Below, piece after piece: positions 39,293-40,603 of a DNA stretch of 40,603 nt. A model generated the notes under the pieces. It had not been told where the DNA came from. It worked only from the letters and a program-made list of their open reading frames with translations, and searched no databases. Within the stretch, counting starts at the first letter, position 1. Every line of letters begins with the position of its first letter. The position numbers and the translations under genes are program-made. The stretch is taken from contig DATFEP010000045.1 of the NCBI GenBank assembly GCA_035250975.1, forward strand, positions 1 through 40,603, written 5' to 3'. Source of the stretch: Nitrososphaeraceae archaeon (GTDB lineage Archaea > Thermoproteota > Nitrososphaeria > Nitrososphaerales > Nitrososphaeraceae).

Positions 39293-39367
39293 GGAGGGGT
39301 TGTCTAGACTGGTTAGGATACCTGCCTTACACGCAGGTGGTCATGGGTTCGAATCCCATCCCCTCCA
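39293..39367 (+). tRNA. tRNA-Val(TAC), no intron, CCA not encoded
   Basis: Acceptor GGAGGGG/CCCCTCC-A; anticodon arm CCTGC-CTTACAC-GCAGG (TAC at 39328-39330); T arm ATGGG-TTCGAAT-CCCAT. Confidence 0.97.
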
Positions 39368-39431
39368 TGCTAGTCATGGAAACCTGCATATTCTTTATTA
39401 ATGAAAGTAGATAATCTTTGATAGACAAAAA

Positions 39432-40603
39432 TTGGTTATTGATTCGCAATCTATTTCTGTTGATGTTACTACATCAGAAAAGAATAATTTGGCTATTGAA
39501 GTAGAAAGAAAAGAGCTAACAATAAACATAGAACTAGAAAAAAAGTTTTATTTGATAACTAAAGGAGCTTCTACGTTAGCCTTTTTTAACTCCTTTAAAA
39601 AAATGTCTTTGGCCAATATACAAAATGCGAATATTCTTTATAACTTTATAATAACTGAACAGAATCATACTAATGTTAAACTTTCTACAAGATTAACATA
39701 TATCAAAGTGATTTGTCTGTTTAATAGATACTTAAGCTATAAAGATTTTACCAAGATTACAAAAAATGATATTCTAGATTATTTAAACTCTTTAAAAAGA
39801 TCAGAATCTGATGATCCTACTCATAAATGGATTAACACATACAATACAAGACAAGCAATATTTAGCAAGTTTTTTAGATGGTTATATAATCAAGATGAAC
39901 CAGATCATAAAAAAAGAAAAACACCTACTTGTATAAATGCTATAAGACAACTTGTAAAAAAAGAAGTATCTTCATACAAACCTTCAGATATCTGGACCAG
40001 TGAGGACCATATACTATTTCTAAAATACTGTCCTGAAAAACGTGATAAATGTTATCATGCAATGGCTCTAGATACTTCAGCAAGACCACACGAGCTACTA
40101 TCTTTAAGAATCAAAGACATCAAGTTTAGGGTTTCAACAATAGAGAGACAGTTTGCAGAGGTTCATATAGAAATAAGTAAAACAAAACCTAGGACACTTC
40201 CACTTATACATTCACTTCCTTATGTCAAAGACTGGATTGATTCTCATCCTATGAAAAATAATACCGATACTTTTCTATTCATATCACTTGCTGATTGTAA
40301 TTTTGGTGAACAACTTAGTGAAAATGCCTTATACAAACTATATACTCGTAAATACAAGAAAGGTTATTTCCCGAAGTTAGTCAGTCAAGATTCTACTATT
40401 TCTGAAGTTGATAAATCATGGATAAGAAATCTACTTACAAAACCTTGGAATCCATATATAATACGTCACTCAGGATTAACAGAAAAATCAAAGGAAATAC
40501 CAGAATATGTTTTAAAACAATATGCCGGATGGTCAAAGAGGAGTGAAATGCCAGAGAGATACATACATTACTTTGGAAATGAGTCATTAAATACAATTTT
40601 AGA
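39432..40603 (+). CDS. Tyrosine integrase next to tRNA-Val, runs off the window end
   Basis: Not in the ORF track. Open from TTG 39432 to the end: FFRWLY, FLKYCPEKRDKCYHAMALDTSARPHELL, SKTKPRTLPL, KPWNPYIIRHSGLT, AGWS, ERYIHY, giving a full R-K-(Y)xxR-W-Y catalytic set. Confidence 0.95.
   Translation, partial: MVIDSQSISVDVTTSEKNNLAIEVERKELTINIELEKKFYLITKGASTLAFFNSFKKMSLANIQNANILYNFIITEQNHTNVKLSTRLTYIKVICLFNRYLSYKDFTKITKNDILDYLNSLKRSESDDPTHKWINTYNTRQAIFSKFFRWLYNQDEPDHKKRKTPTCINAIRQLVKKEVSSYKPSDIWTSEDHILFLKYCPEKRDKCYHAMALDTSARPHELLSLRIKDIKFRVSTIERQFAEVHIEISKTKPRTLPLIHSLPYVKDWIDSHPMKNNTDTFLFISLADCNFGEQLSENALYKLYTRKYKKGYFPKLVSQDSTISEVDKSWIRNLLTKPWNPYIIRHSGLTEKSKEIPEYVLKQYAGWSKRSEMPERYIHYFGNESLNTIL

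Noticed and set aside
1-40603. Whole window as one mobile element bounded by two integrases
   Set aside because: It contains oriC and essential core genes, and both integrases point outward, so they belong to separate elements.

Overview
AT-rich archaeal chromosomal segment whose gene content points to a soil ammonia-oxidising archaeon (Nitrososphaerota, probably Nitrososphaeraceae; inferred from CdvA, tandem ThyX, PolD and the Thaumarchaeota-type ferredoxin and zinc-finger proteins). Both ends are cut inside paralogous tyrosine integrases that the ORF track missed (1-818 minus; 39432-end plus, just after tRNA-Val(TAC)). Bases 1-16400 are a decaying accessory region: small membrane/secreted proteins, alkA, a BMP-family binding protein coupled to a Cache-type histidine kinase, an RTX-repeat protein, an MFS transporter, several pseudogene remnants (integrase, His-kinase, FxLYD, VOC, IS5, CHAD) and repeated att-like sites made of a constant arm joined to tRNA 3' ends. 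Bases 16460-38220 are core genome around the replication origin: fen, thyX, ferredoxin, acs, cdvA, cbiE, PAC2, DP1, cdc6, oriC with ORB boxes, GGGP synthase, DP2, glyA. The most interesting signal is next to oriC: a membrane-anchored winged-helix gene and a second small HTH-like gene overlaid by a dense cluster of TGTGAT/ATCACA boxes, a candidate origin-tethering or segregation module. All calls come from reading motifs by eye; no database searches were run.
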